Source of the DNA: a virus
Lineage: Duplodnaviria > Caudoviricetes
Reading direction: 5' to 3' (one strand)
Length of the DNA stretch: 45,033 nucleotides
IMG/VR virus record: IMGVR_UViG_3300049049_000047
Location: 1-45,033 of that record
In this document: piece by piece, positions 35,522-43,394 of the stretch
How positions within the stretch are numbered: position 1 is the first letter of the stretch
Layout of the letters: the number at the start of each line of letters is the position of its first letter
Program-made: the position numbers and the translations under genes
The notes under the pieces: model-generated
The model's database searches: none
Told to the model about the DNA's origin: nothing
Seen by the model: only the letters and a program-made list of their open reading frames with translations

Positions 35522-35705
35522 GCCAACAAGTTGAGGCTGTCGTGTTGCCTCCCGTGCTATTGCCGTCTGCCGAGGGCTTAGTAACGGGCGCTCAAACAGC
35601 CTCAGCTTGTTGGCTCCGGTGACGAGTTCCGGATCTGCTCTATCAGTGCAGACGGTTTGTGTTCATTGGCTCGTTTTCGGGAGCCACGCGGCTGCATGTA
35701 GCAGC
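35522..35705. ncRNA. Structured non-coding block upstream of the tRNA
   Basis: 19-bp inverted repeat 35522-35540/35596-35614 (one mismatch) plus four small hairpins. Confidence 0.5.
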
Positions 35706-35718
35706 ACCTAGGAGCGTC

Positions 35719-36054
35719 TTAATGCGTTTCGGGCTGCATTTCTTCCACATGCCGCACGGCCCTCAATTCAGCAGTACGCTTCACGCTTTCATCAATGGCC
35801 GACAGAACGAACTGACGCGCAACGTTGGCCCCGCTGATGTCGCCACGCAGGGCGCAGCGCATGATGTGAACCATCGTCTCGGGCTCCATGAAGCCAAGAA
35901 TGTCGCCAGCGATTTCAAGTGCCTCGTCGTCCTTGCGCAGCAGGTCGCCGTAAATGTCACGCTCAATGCGCTTGGCCGTCTGGTCGATGTAGCGCTGGCG
36001 GTCGGCTTCGCTGTGGCGGGTATGCTTGAAGACTTGTTCGCTGACTGTGTTCAT
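35719..36054 (-). CDS. Hypothetical protein
   Basis: GGAGG SD, ATGA coupling. Confidence 0.7.
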   Translation of the reverse strand: MNTVSEQVFKHTRHSEADRQRYIDQTAKRIERDIYGDLLRKDDEALEIAGDILGFMEPETMVHIMRCALRGDISGANVARQFVLSAIDESVKRTAELRAVRHVEEMQPETH

Positions 36055-36299
36055 TTGAATGCCTCCAGCGCCTGCATAAATTCTTTCATTGATGCCTCCT
36101 CAAGTTCCCGCTCGTGCGCCTTGTAGTAGTCCGCCAGCTTGATTGCCAGATCTTCGTGTGATAGGCCGACAACAAGTGCAACTCCCGAAATAATCTTGCT
36201 TGCATCACAGCGATCGATTTTTGTGGACATCCCGCTGCGGCTTGCAAGTCCGCGAATGTAGTCGCAGGCGTATGTGTATGGATAACGTGAATCACTCAT
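36051..36299 (-). CDS. Hypothetical protein
   Basis: MSDSRYPYTYACDYIRG; ATGA coupling. Confidence 0.65.
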   Translation of the reverse strand: MSDSRYPYTYACDYIRGLASRSGMSTKIDRCDASKIISGVALVVGLSHEDLAIKLADYYKAHERELEEASMKEFMQALEAFK

Positions 36300-36616
36300 G
36301 CCACACTTGCCGTCCACTGCGCATACAACTTGATGAGCTTTGCCGGCTCCCACTTCGCCCACGAATCAAGGTGAGCAATCAGGGCTTTGTGCGTTACACC
36401 AAGCTTTGCCGCCTTCTCGTCAAGTAGGGAGGTGTTCGCAGCGATCGTGGCAAAAATAGTCTTCGCTTCTGCCTTTTGCGCTTTTAGGGTGGCTGCGTTG
36501 GCCTTGCGGTCTGCTTGAGCCTTCGCTGCTTGCTGTGCCTTGTGAGCATCAATCTGCTTATCAATGTCGCCGCGCTTGGAAAGCGGAAGATTCAAAGTGC
36601 CGTGATCCAGTGCCAT
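36296..36616 (-). CDS. Hypothetical basic protein
   Basis: AGGGAG SD. Confidence 0.7.
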   Translation of the reverse strand: MALDHGTLNLPLSKRGDIDKQIDAHKAQQAAKAQADRKANAATLKAQKAEAKTIFATIAANTSLLDEKAAKLGVTHKALIAHLDSWAKWEPAKLIKLYAQWTASVA

Positions 36617-36638
36617 CGTCGTTCTCCCTGTTCTCTCT

Positions 36639-36827
36639 CTACTTCAGACCCCAGCCCAGCTCACGCCGCACCTCTGCCCGCTCATTCCGCGATGCTTCAA
36701 GCGCCTGCAAGAACGTGATCTCGCCCTCAACAAACGACTTCGCCCGATCCCATTCGCCGAAGCGCATCGCTTCAATCACATCGCGCGGCTGACTGGCGTA
36801 CTCGTGGAAACGCTGCATCGTGGTCAT
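36639..36827 (-). CDS. Hypothetical protein
   Basis: GGGAG SD, coupled. Confidence 0.6.
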   Translation of the reverse strand: MTTMQRFHEYASQPRDVIEAMRFGEWDRAKSFVEGEITFLQALEASRNERAEVRRELGWGLK

Positions 36828-37252
36828 GGCTGACTCCCTATCTTGGAAAGGGCTTCGTGCGCGTTCGCAATGGCGCGACGGAATTCGGGGCGATAGTCCA
36901 GTGACAAGGCTGCCTGCTTTTCGAGTTCGCGCAGAGCCTGAGCAAGGTCATCATGAGCGTCGAGTTTCATTTGCCGCTCCGCATCAAGAGCAGCAAAGAA
37001 GGCATCCTTCTCGGCTTCAGTCGGCTCTGCTGTTTCAGCCTCTGCCGCAAGACGCTCAAAGTTCTCTGCTCGGTCGTGCTGACCATACTTGCGAGCTATG
37101 GAAGCGTTCATCAAATGCTGATCTTGCAAGCTCACGTTAGAGAAGCATTCGAAGCAGAGTCCGAGATCAATGTCAGCATCCCCGCAACCGCACTGATTGC
37201 ATGTGCGGGCATGCTGCAACTGTTCTTCGGATGCGTTTAACCACCAAGTCAT
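36824..37252 (-). CDS. Hypothetical protein with zinc-finger motif
   Basis: CNQC...CFEC; AAGGGGG SD. Confidence 0.65.
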   Translation of the reverse strand: MTWWLNASEEQLQHARTCNQCGCGDADIDLGLCFECFSNVSLQDQHLMNASIARKYGQHDRAENFERLAAEAETAEPTEAEKDAFFAALDAERQMKLDAHDDLAQALRELEKQAALSLDYRPEFRRAIANAHEALSKIGSQP

Positions 37253-37262
37253 GTCAACCCCC

Positions 37263-37457
37263 TTACAGGTAGCAAGGGCCGGTAACTTGGCCGATAACAC
37301 CACTCGAGCAGTTCGCGATGAACGTCAGTTCGTCACGCGGGTACATGGAAGGCACGGAAGAAAGCGCCTCTTCGCGAGCATCTTCAAAGCGATCTGCTTC
37401 TGCAAAACCGATTTCCGCGTCTTGGTACAGAACCGTGTATGTGTAAGTGGATTCCAT
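37263..37457 (-). CDS. First gene of pL operon, hypothetical
   Basis: AGGGAG SD just downstream of pL. Confidence 0.6.
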   Translation of the reverse strand: MESTYTYTVLYQDAEIGFAEADRFEDAREEALSSVPSMYPRDELTFIANCSSGVIGQVTGPCYL

Positions 37458-37497
37458 CACCATCTCCCTGTTCGCTTGGTAACGATTGCTTGAGGGA

Positions 37498-37559
37498 ATA
37501 GTAGCATCGTGCTTCGTTAAATGCAAGCACTGAGCTTCATAAAAGTAGCGTGGAGCTAC
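37498..37559 (-). promoter_or_regulatory. pL promoter with three operators (OL)
   Basis: TTGCAT-17-TACTAT; operators GTAGCATCGTGCTTC, CAAGCACTGAGCTTC, GTAGCGTGGAGCTAC. Confidence 0.85.
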
Positions 37560-37589
37560 AAATAGTTTTAAAGGGTCGTCCTAAGGACG

Positions 37590-37615
37590 AAAAAAATCCC
37601 GCACGAGGCGGGATT
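37590..37615 (-). terminator. Terminator of the immunity operon
   Basis: AATCCCGC/GCGGGATT stem, T7 on minus strand. Confidence 0.75.
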
Positions 37616-37640
37616 GATGCGATGTGTGTGAAGTGTGATG

Positions 37641-37874
37641 TTAGCGGTTTGCGACCCTGTACCAGCCCTTGCCTTCCATGCAGGAGGTAAAGACGATGGC
37701 TTTCTGAATAGGTGGCCCATACAGCGACATCGCTTGCGCACGGCACTGCCCGGAATCCATGTGAAACTCCTGACTAGATGCCCCTTGCCGCTCCCAGTGC
37801 CAATCGCCATCTGTCGCGCAGCCAAGAAGTGCAAGAGTCGCAATAACAGCCCAAGGTAAAGTCCTAATGTTCAA
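37641..37874 (-). CDS. Small lipoprotein (immunity-region moron)
   Basis: LLG-C lipobox; C...CMEGKGW; GAGGAGG SD with TTG start. Confidence 0.75.
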   Translation of the reverse strand: MNIRTLPWAVIATLALLGCATDGDWHWERQGASSQEFHMDSGQCRAQAMSLYGPPIQKAIVFTSCMEGKGWYRVANR

Positions 37875-37885
37875 TTGGCCTCCTC

Positions 37886-38149
37886 TTATTGTTTGTTCCC
37901 GACAATCAGCTTATCAATCAGCTGCATGAGTGCCCCGTCACGCCGAAAGCGCTTTACGAGTTCGTCAATCAGTTCGCCATCTGTATAGTCCGCCAGGCCC
38001 TGCTTCATAAGGCTTTTCTCAAGTCGTTCGGAAATCTCCGCATTGAGTGAGCGCGGGACTTTTTGTGCCTGCGCCTCTAGTTTCGCCCTAAGGTCGGGTT
38101 GTAGTCGGAGCCCGAAAGGTGCAATGTTTTCTAGTTTTGTCTTTGCCAT
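37886..38149 (-). CDS. Arc-family ribbon-helix-helix DNA-binding protein
   Basis: PFGLRLQPDLRAKLE...RSLNAEISERLEKS. Confidence 0.85.
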   Translation of the reverse strand: MAKTKLENIAPFGLRLQPDLRAKLEAQAQKVPRSLNAEISERLEKSLMKQGLADYTDGELIDELVKRFRRDGALMQLIDKLIVGNKQ

Positions 38150-38285
38150 CCGACAATGGTACGTATCCCATTGTCGTAAAGTGACTACAGATCTGTAACT
38201 ACCTTGGACAAGAAATTGCCACAGGTCATGGCAATGCGCTTTTCCCATAAATATGGGGTATACGCCCATTCCACTTTGCAATACA

Positions 38286-38301
38286 CTGTTTTTGCATCCA
38301 G
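38286..38301. promoter_or_regulatory. Putative LexA (SOS) box
   Basis: CTGTTTTTGCATCCAG fits CTG-N10-CAG; overlaps a TACACT -10-like hexamer. Confidence 0.6.
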
Positions 38302-38418
38302 TGGTTTCTGCTCTCCGCTTGGCCCCACCCGCTCAGAACCGCAGAACCGAAGTTACATTTCTTTACTGTAACTTTGTAGTACAGGCGTAATCTAAGACCA
38401 TGGGGACAGGAGGGAGAA

Positions 38419-38667
38419 ATGACGCTGCTAGAAAGGATGGGGCACGACGAGCTGGAGGGGCTTGCGGTCGATGCTCTGCGCAGAATGGACGAGGGAAAGC
38501 TTAAGTTTGCCGTCGCGTTTCTGTTAGATTTTGCCCCCAAGCGGCAAGAAGTCCAGCTTCTCAAGTTGATCCCCAGCAGTGGCGGGGATGTTCTGCCTCG
38601 CGATCTTCATTGCAGATCTCATTGCCTCCCGCCCAAGCTCGTTCGTGTGACAAAAAACGGCGATTAG
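38419..38667 (+). CDS. Putative antirepressor, convergent with and overlapping cI
   Basis: AGGAGG SD; downstream of SOS box; function inferred. Confidence 0.6.
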   Translation: MTLLERMGHDELEGLAVDALRRMDEGKLKFAVAFLLDFAPKRQEVQLLKLIPSSGGDVLPRDLHCRSHCLPPKLVRVTKNGD

Positions 38668-38988
38668 CTCGGCCAAATCCGTAGCAATAGCCGGCGCGGC
38701 CATGGACGTTCCTTGCGTTTCATGCTCATTGTCCATCCAGCCGCGCTCAAGCCTCAAAGCGTCTTCAATTTCCCTGGCGAGGTCATCTCCAACATTTCTG
38801 GTTGCTCCGCCGGAAGTCTTCTTTTTCGTAAGTATCTGGTAAAGCGTGGGCCTGCTTAGATCCTTGCCGCGCTCGGCGGCTAGGTCCACTAGCTTGGACA
38901 ATCCCCTGCCCAGGTCACCACCTTCCCCGGCGGCTTTCATCACCAAGCGTTCCAAGTTCTCGTAGCGAATTTCCTGAACCGTTTTCAT
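38524..38988 (-). CDS. cI: CI-like repressor lacking S24 peptidase domain
   Basis: IRYENL...RNVGDDLAREIE..L.LERGWMD HTH; divergent from cro; start MKTVQ. Confidence 0.85.
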   Translation of the reverse strand: MKTVQEIRYENLERLVMKAAGEGGDLGRGLSKLVDLAAERGKDLSRPTLYQILTKKKTSGGATRNVGDDLAREIEDALRLERGWMDNEHETQGTSMAAPAIATDLAELIAVFCHTNELGREAMRSAMKIARQNIPATAGDQLEKLDFLPLGGKI

Positions 38989-38990
38989 GC

Positions 38991-39071
38991 GGAGCATTCT
39001 GCTACTTTTTTCTGGAGCTTGGTGCTTGTAGTCAACGAAGCGCGGTGCTACACTATGTAGCATGAAGCTAT
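38991..39071. promoter_or_regulatory. OR region: four operators, pR and probable pRM
   Basis: Operators at 38991, 39014, 39037, 39057 (consensus AGC-N5-GCT); pR TTGTAG-17-TACACT. Confidence 0.85.
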
Positions 39072-39325
39072 CTGAATACTTATCCATTGAACGTGGGCGC
39101 GGGGCTGCAATTGCGGCGGTTCTCAACGTTGCTCCTCAGCAGATCTACCAGTGGGCGTCGGGGAGTAGGGGGATCCCCGTCGAGCGCTGCGTGGAGATTG
39201 AAAGAGCTACTGACGGGGAGGTATCGCGCAAAGACCTGCGTCCAGATGATTGGGAAAGAATTTGGCCGGAACTAACGGATTCAGGGAAGCGCCGCCGCAT
39301 GTCAGACAAGTGCAGATCAGTGTAA
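39062..39325 (+). CDS. cro: Cro-like regulator (YdaS family)
   Basis: IYQWASG.R.IPVERCVEIERATDGEVSRKDLRPDDW..IWPEL. Confidence 0.9.
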   Translation: MKLSEYLSIERGRGAAIAAVLNVAPQQIYQWASGSRGIPVERCVEIERATDGEVSRKDLRPDDWERIWPELTDSGKRRRMSDKCRSV

Positions 39326-39336
39326 ACCCCAGCTTT

Positions 39337-39367
39337 GCCGGTTGGCTTAGGCCCACCGGCTTTTTTT
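39337..39367 (+). terminator. tR1-like terminator
   Basis: GCCGGT...ACCGGC plus T7. Confidence 0.7.
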
Positions 39368-39485
39368 GCGGCTGAAATCCGTTTGTTGATTTTTATCAGA
39401 TGTGTACCAGAAACAGATTTCATCGCAGCTTCCCCTGAGGTTTGTAGTTGTTGGGGACAGGTTAATAAAAGGGAGATAACAAGTC

Positions 39486-40085
39486 ATGCGTAACGATTCG
39501 TACAAAACCGTCATTAACCGAATCTCTGAGTACATCGACGACTGGCGCAAGGCTACTGGCATGAGCCAGATCACCGTCGTAGACGAGATCGTGAAGGCCC
39601 ACGAGCGCATCGACGGCCCCGCCGCTACTGGTATCCACTTCGAGAAAAGCACCGACGAATGGAACCGCCAAAAGAACAATGCGGATCGCGTCTGGCGCTG
39701 GCTTGACGACAAATCCAAGGACCGCAACCTCCTGCCGGTCAACTTCCTCCCCTCCATCCTGGCAGCAATGCCGGAAGAAACCCGCCGTGCATTCCTGACC
39801 GAGATGCTGGCGCCGCTTGGCTTGAAAGTGTCGGCAATCGATCACGCTGACGACGGCAATTTCGACTTCGATCACGTCTGCGATACGCATGTGGTTGCTG
39901 TAAATACCGTCCAGCTCCTGAACGTGGCGCTGAAAGATCCGACCGAGGAAAACCTGCTGAAGGCCGAACTCGCAGTGCAGAAAGCCGCCGAGAAGTGGGG
40001 CCGCACACGAAAGCTGCTTGCTGGCGCTCGTGCGAAATGCTCTGGCCTGTTCAAGAAGTTCCGCAAAGAGAAGGTGACGCCATGA
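39486..40085 (+). CDS. CII-like regulator
   Basis: Position after cro; ADRVWRWLDD...LLPVNFLPSILAAMP. Confidence 0.6.
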   Translation: MRNDSYKTVINRISEYIDDWRKATGMSQITVVDEIVKAHERIDGPAATGIHFEKSTDEWNRQKNNADRVWRWLDDKSKDRNLLPVNFLPSILAAMPEETRRAFLTEMLAPLGLKVSAIDHADDGNFDFDHVCDTHVVAVNTVQLLNVALKDPTEENLLKAELAVQKAAEKWGRTRKLLAGARAKCSGLFKKFRKEKVTP

Positions 40086-40468
40086 AGATGCCTTTGCCAA
40101 CCACGCACCGTTACAAGGTCTGCCTCGCACTCTTCCAGCATGGTTCCATGACTGCCAAGCAGACGAAGGCGGCAATGCCCGATCTGACAATACACAACGT
40201 CCACCAAGCACTGAAGGGCGCTGCTGAAACTGGCTACGTTATCCGCATCGGCCACACCTACATGCTGACTCAGCAGCTTGTCGAGCACTTCAAGGCGTTA
40301 CAGGAGCCGAAGGAAGTCTATGTGGGTCAGATCGTTCCCGCGCCGACGTTCACGGTCAACCGCCCGTTGAAGTCCCTGCCTTGGGCTGCCGTCGCTGATC
40401 GACTGCGTGACTGGAGCTACAAGAACGGCTCTACGGATGTGAAATCGCTGGTCGGGTATCAGGCATGA
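40082..40468 (+). CDS. Winged-helix hypothetical protein
   Basis: HGSMT...VHQALK...GYVIR; ATGA coupling. Confidence 0.65.
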   Translation: MKMPLPTTHRYKVCLALFQHGSMTAKQTKAAMPDLTIHNVHQALKGAAETGYVIRIGHTYMLTQQLVEHFKALQEPKEVYVGQIVPAPTFTVNRPLKSLPWAAVADRLRDWSYKNGSTDVKSLVGYQA

Positions 40469-40920
40469 ACCCGCAAGCAATCGCATTCGAAGGCGAAGTG
40501 CAGCTTCTGCGCTGGTCGGAAACAAGTAACCAGGGCGCGACGATCACGCTGCAACTTGCTGACGCGGCAGACCTTGAACGCTTCAAGACGATGACGCTTG
40601 CAAAGGGTAAGCAGGCTGGTCAGCGTCTTGCGGCTGTCATGGTTGAAGTTGGCGATAACGAGCAGCCAGTGATTCAGCCCAAACAAAAGGTTGGAGAGCT
40701 TTGCATCATGGCCTGCAAATTCTGCGTGGATAAGACCTTCTGGAAGTGGCTTGAGCGTCACTTCAATGCCGACTGCACAAGCGAATCAGAGGCCGCAGAC
40801 ATCATTTATGACCTGTGCGAAATCACATCGCGCAAGCAGCTTGACACCGATCCGAGCGCTGCCGAGCGGTTCCATACCGTTATTCGCCGTCCGTTCATCG
40901 CATGGAGGGAAGCTCAATGA
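40465..40920 (+). CDS. Hypothetical protein
   Basis: LCEITSRKQLD motif; coupled. Confidence 0.75.
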   Translation: MNPQAIAFEGEVQLLRWSETSNQGATITLQLADAADLERFKTMTLAKGKQAGQRLAAVMVEVGDNEQPVIQPKQKVGELCIMACKFCVDKTFWKWLERHFNADCTSESEAADIIYDLCEITSRKQLDTDPSAAERFHTVIRRPFIAWREAQ

Positions 40921-41195
40921 CAGTCGCAGAAACTAGCATCCAGGCATACGCCGATCTAAAAGACAGCGGCACTCTCGGCCGTCAGCAAACGCTGATCCTC
41001 GCCGCAATCATCCCCGGCGGCCGCTATACCCGCTCTGAACTGGCTGACATCACCGGCCTGCCGATCAACGTCGTCACCGGTCGCGTCAATGAGCTGGTCA
41101 AGGCTGGTCGTCTGGATGACGGTGCACCGCGCCAGTGCCGCATCACCAAGCACACGGCAAAGACCGTGCGCCGACCGGAAGTGGATGGAGCTTAA
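40917..41195 (+). CDS. Winged-helix DNA-binding protein
   Basis: TRSELADITGLPINVVTGRVNELVKAGRL. Confidence 0.75.
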   Translation: MTVAETSIQAYADLKDSGTLGRQQTLILAAIIPGGRYTRSELADITGLPINVVTGRVNELVKAGRLDDGAPRQCRITKHTAKTVRRPEVDGA

Positions 41196-41213
41196 CTAAA
41201 AGGAGAGGAAACC

Positions 41214-41564
41214 ATGACTGCATTTTGCGTGTTTGGCGTCACCTACGACTCTTGTGTAAAGCAGGTCCAAAAGAAGCTTGAGCCGCACGTCAAGGAGGGC
41301 AAGACGACCCGCACGATGACTCGCGAAGAATACGAGTGCGCCGTAAAAGAAAAGGCAGATGCGCTGTTTGAAAAGATGAAAGCAAGGCAAGTGAGCCCCG
41401 CGTTCGATGCGCCTCAGTTCGCAAATGAATGGTTGGCCATTGCCAACAGGTCCAGGGCTCGCGCGCTGCTCGTGATGCGAAAGGGGGAGAAGGTTGACGA
41501 GAAGGGCGCGCCAGTGCTCCGCAATGGGAGGCCCGTAATCGGCTGGATTCCCTACAGGGCTTGA
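41214..41564 (+). CDS. Hypothetical protein
   Basis: AGGAGAGG SD. Confidence 0.7.
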   Translation: MTAFCVFGVTYDSCVKQVQKKLEPHVKEGKTTRTMTREEYECAVKEKADALFEKMKARQVSPAFDAPQFANEWLAIANRSRARALLVMRKGEKVDEKGAPVLRNGRPVIGWIPYRA

Positions 41565-41565
41565 A

Positions 41566-41868
41566 ATGTTCCGCAGCCAGCGCCTTCTTCAATCCGCACG
41601 CGGCCAAGACTGCCAAGTATCGATTCCGGGCGTCTGCAACGGCAACCCGGAAACGACTGTGGCCGCTCACGCCAACTGGACGGAATACGGCAAGGGTGGG
41701 GCATTGAAGGCGCATGACTGCTATATCGCGTGGGCTTGCAGCTCCTGCCACGCAGAACTCGATCAGGGCAAGAACCTGACATACGAAGAGAAGAAAGAGT
41801 ACTGGCGCCGCGGATTCGAGCGGACGGTGCTGGCGATGTTCAATCAGGGATTGGTAAGGGTGAAGTAA
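41566..41868 (+). CDS. DUF1364/YbcO-like zinc-binding nuclease-domain protein
   Basis: ARGQDCQVSIPGVCNGNPETTVAAH...KAHD...ACSSCH. Confidence 0.85.
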   Translation: MFRSQRLLQSARGQDCQVSIPGVCNGNPETTVAAHANWTEYGKGGALKAHDCYIAWACSSCHAELDQGKNLTYEEKKEYWRRGFERTVLAMFNQGLVRVK

Positions 41869-42848
41869 TGGCGCGGATTCGGACAATCAAGCCGGATTTC
41901 TGGACTGACGAGAAGTTGACGGAGTGCTCCATTACGGCACGCCTCTTCTTTGTCGGCACCTGGAACTTCGCAGACGACAACGGCAATCTGGTCCGCTCCG
42001 CAAAGAAGCTGAAGATGCAGGTTTTCCCAGCTGACATGATCGACTGCGAGCCGCTGATTCAAGAACTGATGGCAATCGGCCTGCTCATTGAGTATTCAGT
42101 AGGTGCTGAGAAATTCCTACATATCAAGGGCTTTAAGAAGCATCAAGTCATCAATCGCCCGTCCAAATCATCGATTCCTCAACCCCCATTCACTGAAGAA
42201 AACGAAGTTCTCCCTGATGACTCAGTGAGTCTTCAGGGAGAACTCACGGACGGAAGGGAAGGGAAGGGAAAGGAAGAGGAAGGGAAGGGAAGTTCCGTAC
42301 CTAACGGTACGGGCGGCGAGCCGCCGAGCGGACAAAGCGAAACGGCCAAAGACCCGGCGCAGATGACCAAGGACGAGCTTTGGGCTGCTGGCAAGTCTTT
42401 GCTTGCCCAGCAGGGTTTGCCTGCGGCGCAGTGCGGCTCTTTCGTTGGCAAGCTCGTCAAGGACTACGGTCCGGAGATTGTGCATGCCGCCGTACTGGCT
42501 GCAGTTGTCGAGCGCCCTGCTGATGCCGTGTCGTTCCTGAAGGCCTCGTGCATGGCCCGCAAGGGCGAGGGCGGTAAGACCCTGATTCCGTGGCACGCGA
42601 CGGACGCCGGCGTAACTGCCAAGGGCGCAGAACTCGGCCTGACTGCCCGTCCTGGCGAAACGGCTATCCAGTTCAAGGCCCGGGTGATCGAGGCAGTGGA
42701 CAACGGAGGCAAGCCTCCCGCAGTTCGCGCCAGTCCAGCGGTAACGGTTCAAGGTGAGCTTCAACGGGTAGCGGTAGACAACTCGCCGGAGGCAAAGGCC
42801 AAGCGGTCTGAGGCGCTTAAGGCGGCATTGAAGAAGGAGGCGGCATGA
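41868..42848 (+). CDS. Replication initiator (O-like)
   Basis: MARIRTIKPDFW...FADDNG...FKKHQVINRPSKS; internal iteron-like repeats. Confidence 0.85.
   Translation: MARIRTIKPDFWTDEKLTECSITARLFFVGTWNFADDNGNLVRSAKKLKMQVFPADMIDCEPLIQELMAIGLLIEYSVGAEKFLHIKGFKKHQVINRPSKSSIPQPPFTEENEVLPDDSVSLQGELTDGREGKGKEEEGKGSSVPNGTGGEPPSGQSETAKDPAQMTKDELWAAGKSLLAQQGLPAAQCGSFVGKLVKDYGPEIVHAAVLAAVVERPADAVSFLKASCMARKGEGGKTLIPWHATDAGVTAKGAELGLTARPGETAIQFKARVIEAVDNGGKPPAVRASPAVTVQGELQRVAVDNSPEAKAKRSEALKAALKKEAA
42189..42314. other. Putative replication origin inside the initiator gene
   Basis: About 11-bp spaced TCA(C/G)(T/G)GA-like repeats, pure-purine GGGAA tract, palindrome CCGTACC-TAAC-GGTACGG. Confidence 0.55.
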
Positions 42849-42930
42849 GCGACGGAGCAATTGTGCAACTTGTGGTTCAGCTAGGGCTAATCGCGTTCGG
42901 TGCGTTTTGTGTTTGGTGTTTTACGAAGCT

Positions 42931-43074
42931 ATGAAAGCCCAGCCCGGCCACCTAGCCCACTCGGCCCTTCACCTAAAGCAATCCGAGAAGGTACACAAGG
43001 AACTGAGCAAGGCTGCGAAAGCGCACTACGCACTGAAGAAGATCCAACCTGTTCTGGACTGGAGGCGGAAATGA
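42931..43074 (+). CDS. Small basic protein (47 aa)
   Basis: ATGA-coupled chain. Confidence 0.4.
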   Translation: MKAQPGHLAHSALHLKQSEKVHKELSKAAKAHYALKKIQPVLDWRRK

Positions 43075-43178
43075 ACGACGACGATCAGCAAGACCTGTAC
43101 TTCGAAGCTGGCTTTGCGCTGGTGGTGATTGTGTGCGTGATGGCCTTTGCTGCGATGGCCTACTGGCTGCAGGCATGA
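43071..43178 (+). CDS. Small membrane peptide (35 aa)
   Basis: GGAGG SD; single TM. Confidence 0.5.
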   Translation: MNDDDQQDLYFEAGFALVVIVCVMAFAAMAYWLQA

Positions 43179-43384
43179 GTGATCGCTTCCGGTGCGAAGT
43201 CCGCCATGTTCTGGCACTCCGCGCTAAAGACCGGCAGTCGGCTATCCAATACCTGGAGCTGGTCGAGAAGCGAAGAGGCAAGCCAGAGGCGGACAGATTG
43301 AAGGCAGCGGCAGCGGAACAATGGGCGGCAGGGAACCGCGGAACTTGGGGAGATTGGCGTGATAGAGAACCAATTGCAGCTTAA
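43175..43384 (+). CDS. Hypothetical protein
   Basis: RCEVR...VEKRRG...QWAAGNRG..GDWR. Confidence 0.7.
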   Translation: MSDRFRCEVRHVLALRAKDRQSAIQYLELVEKRRGKPEADRLKAAAAEQWAAGNRGTWGDWRDREPIAA

Positions 43385-43394
43385 GGATCAGCAC

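Noticed and set aside
38366-38384. Second LexA box CTGT...ACAG
   Set aside because: The spacer is 11 nt rather than 8.
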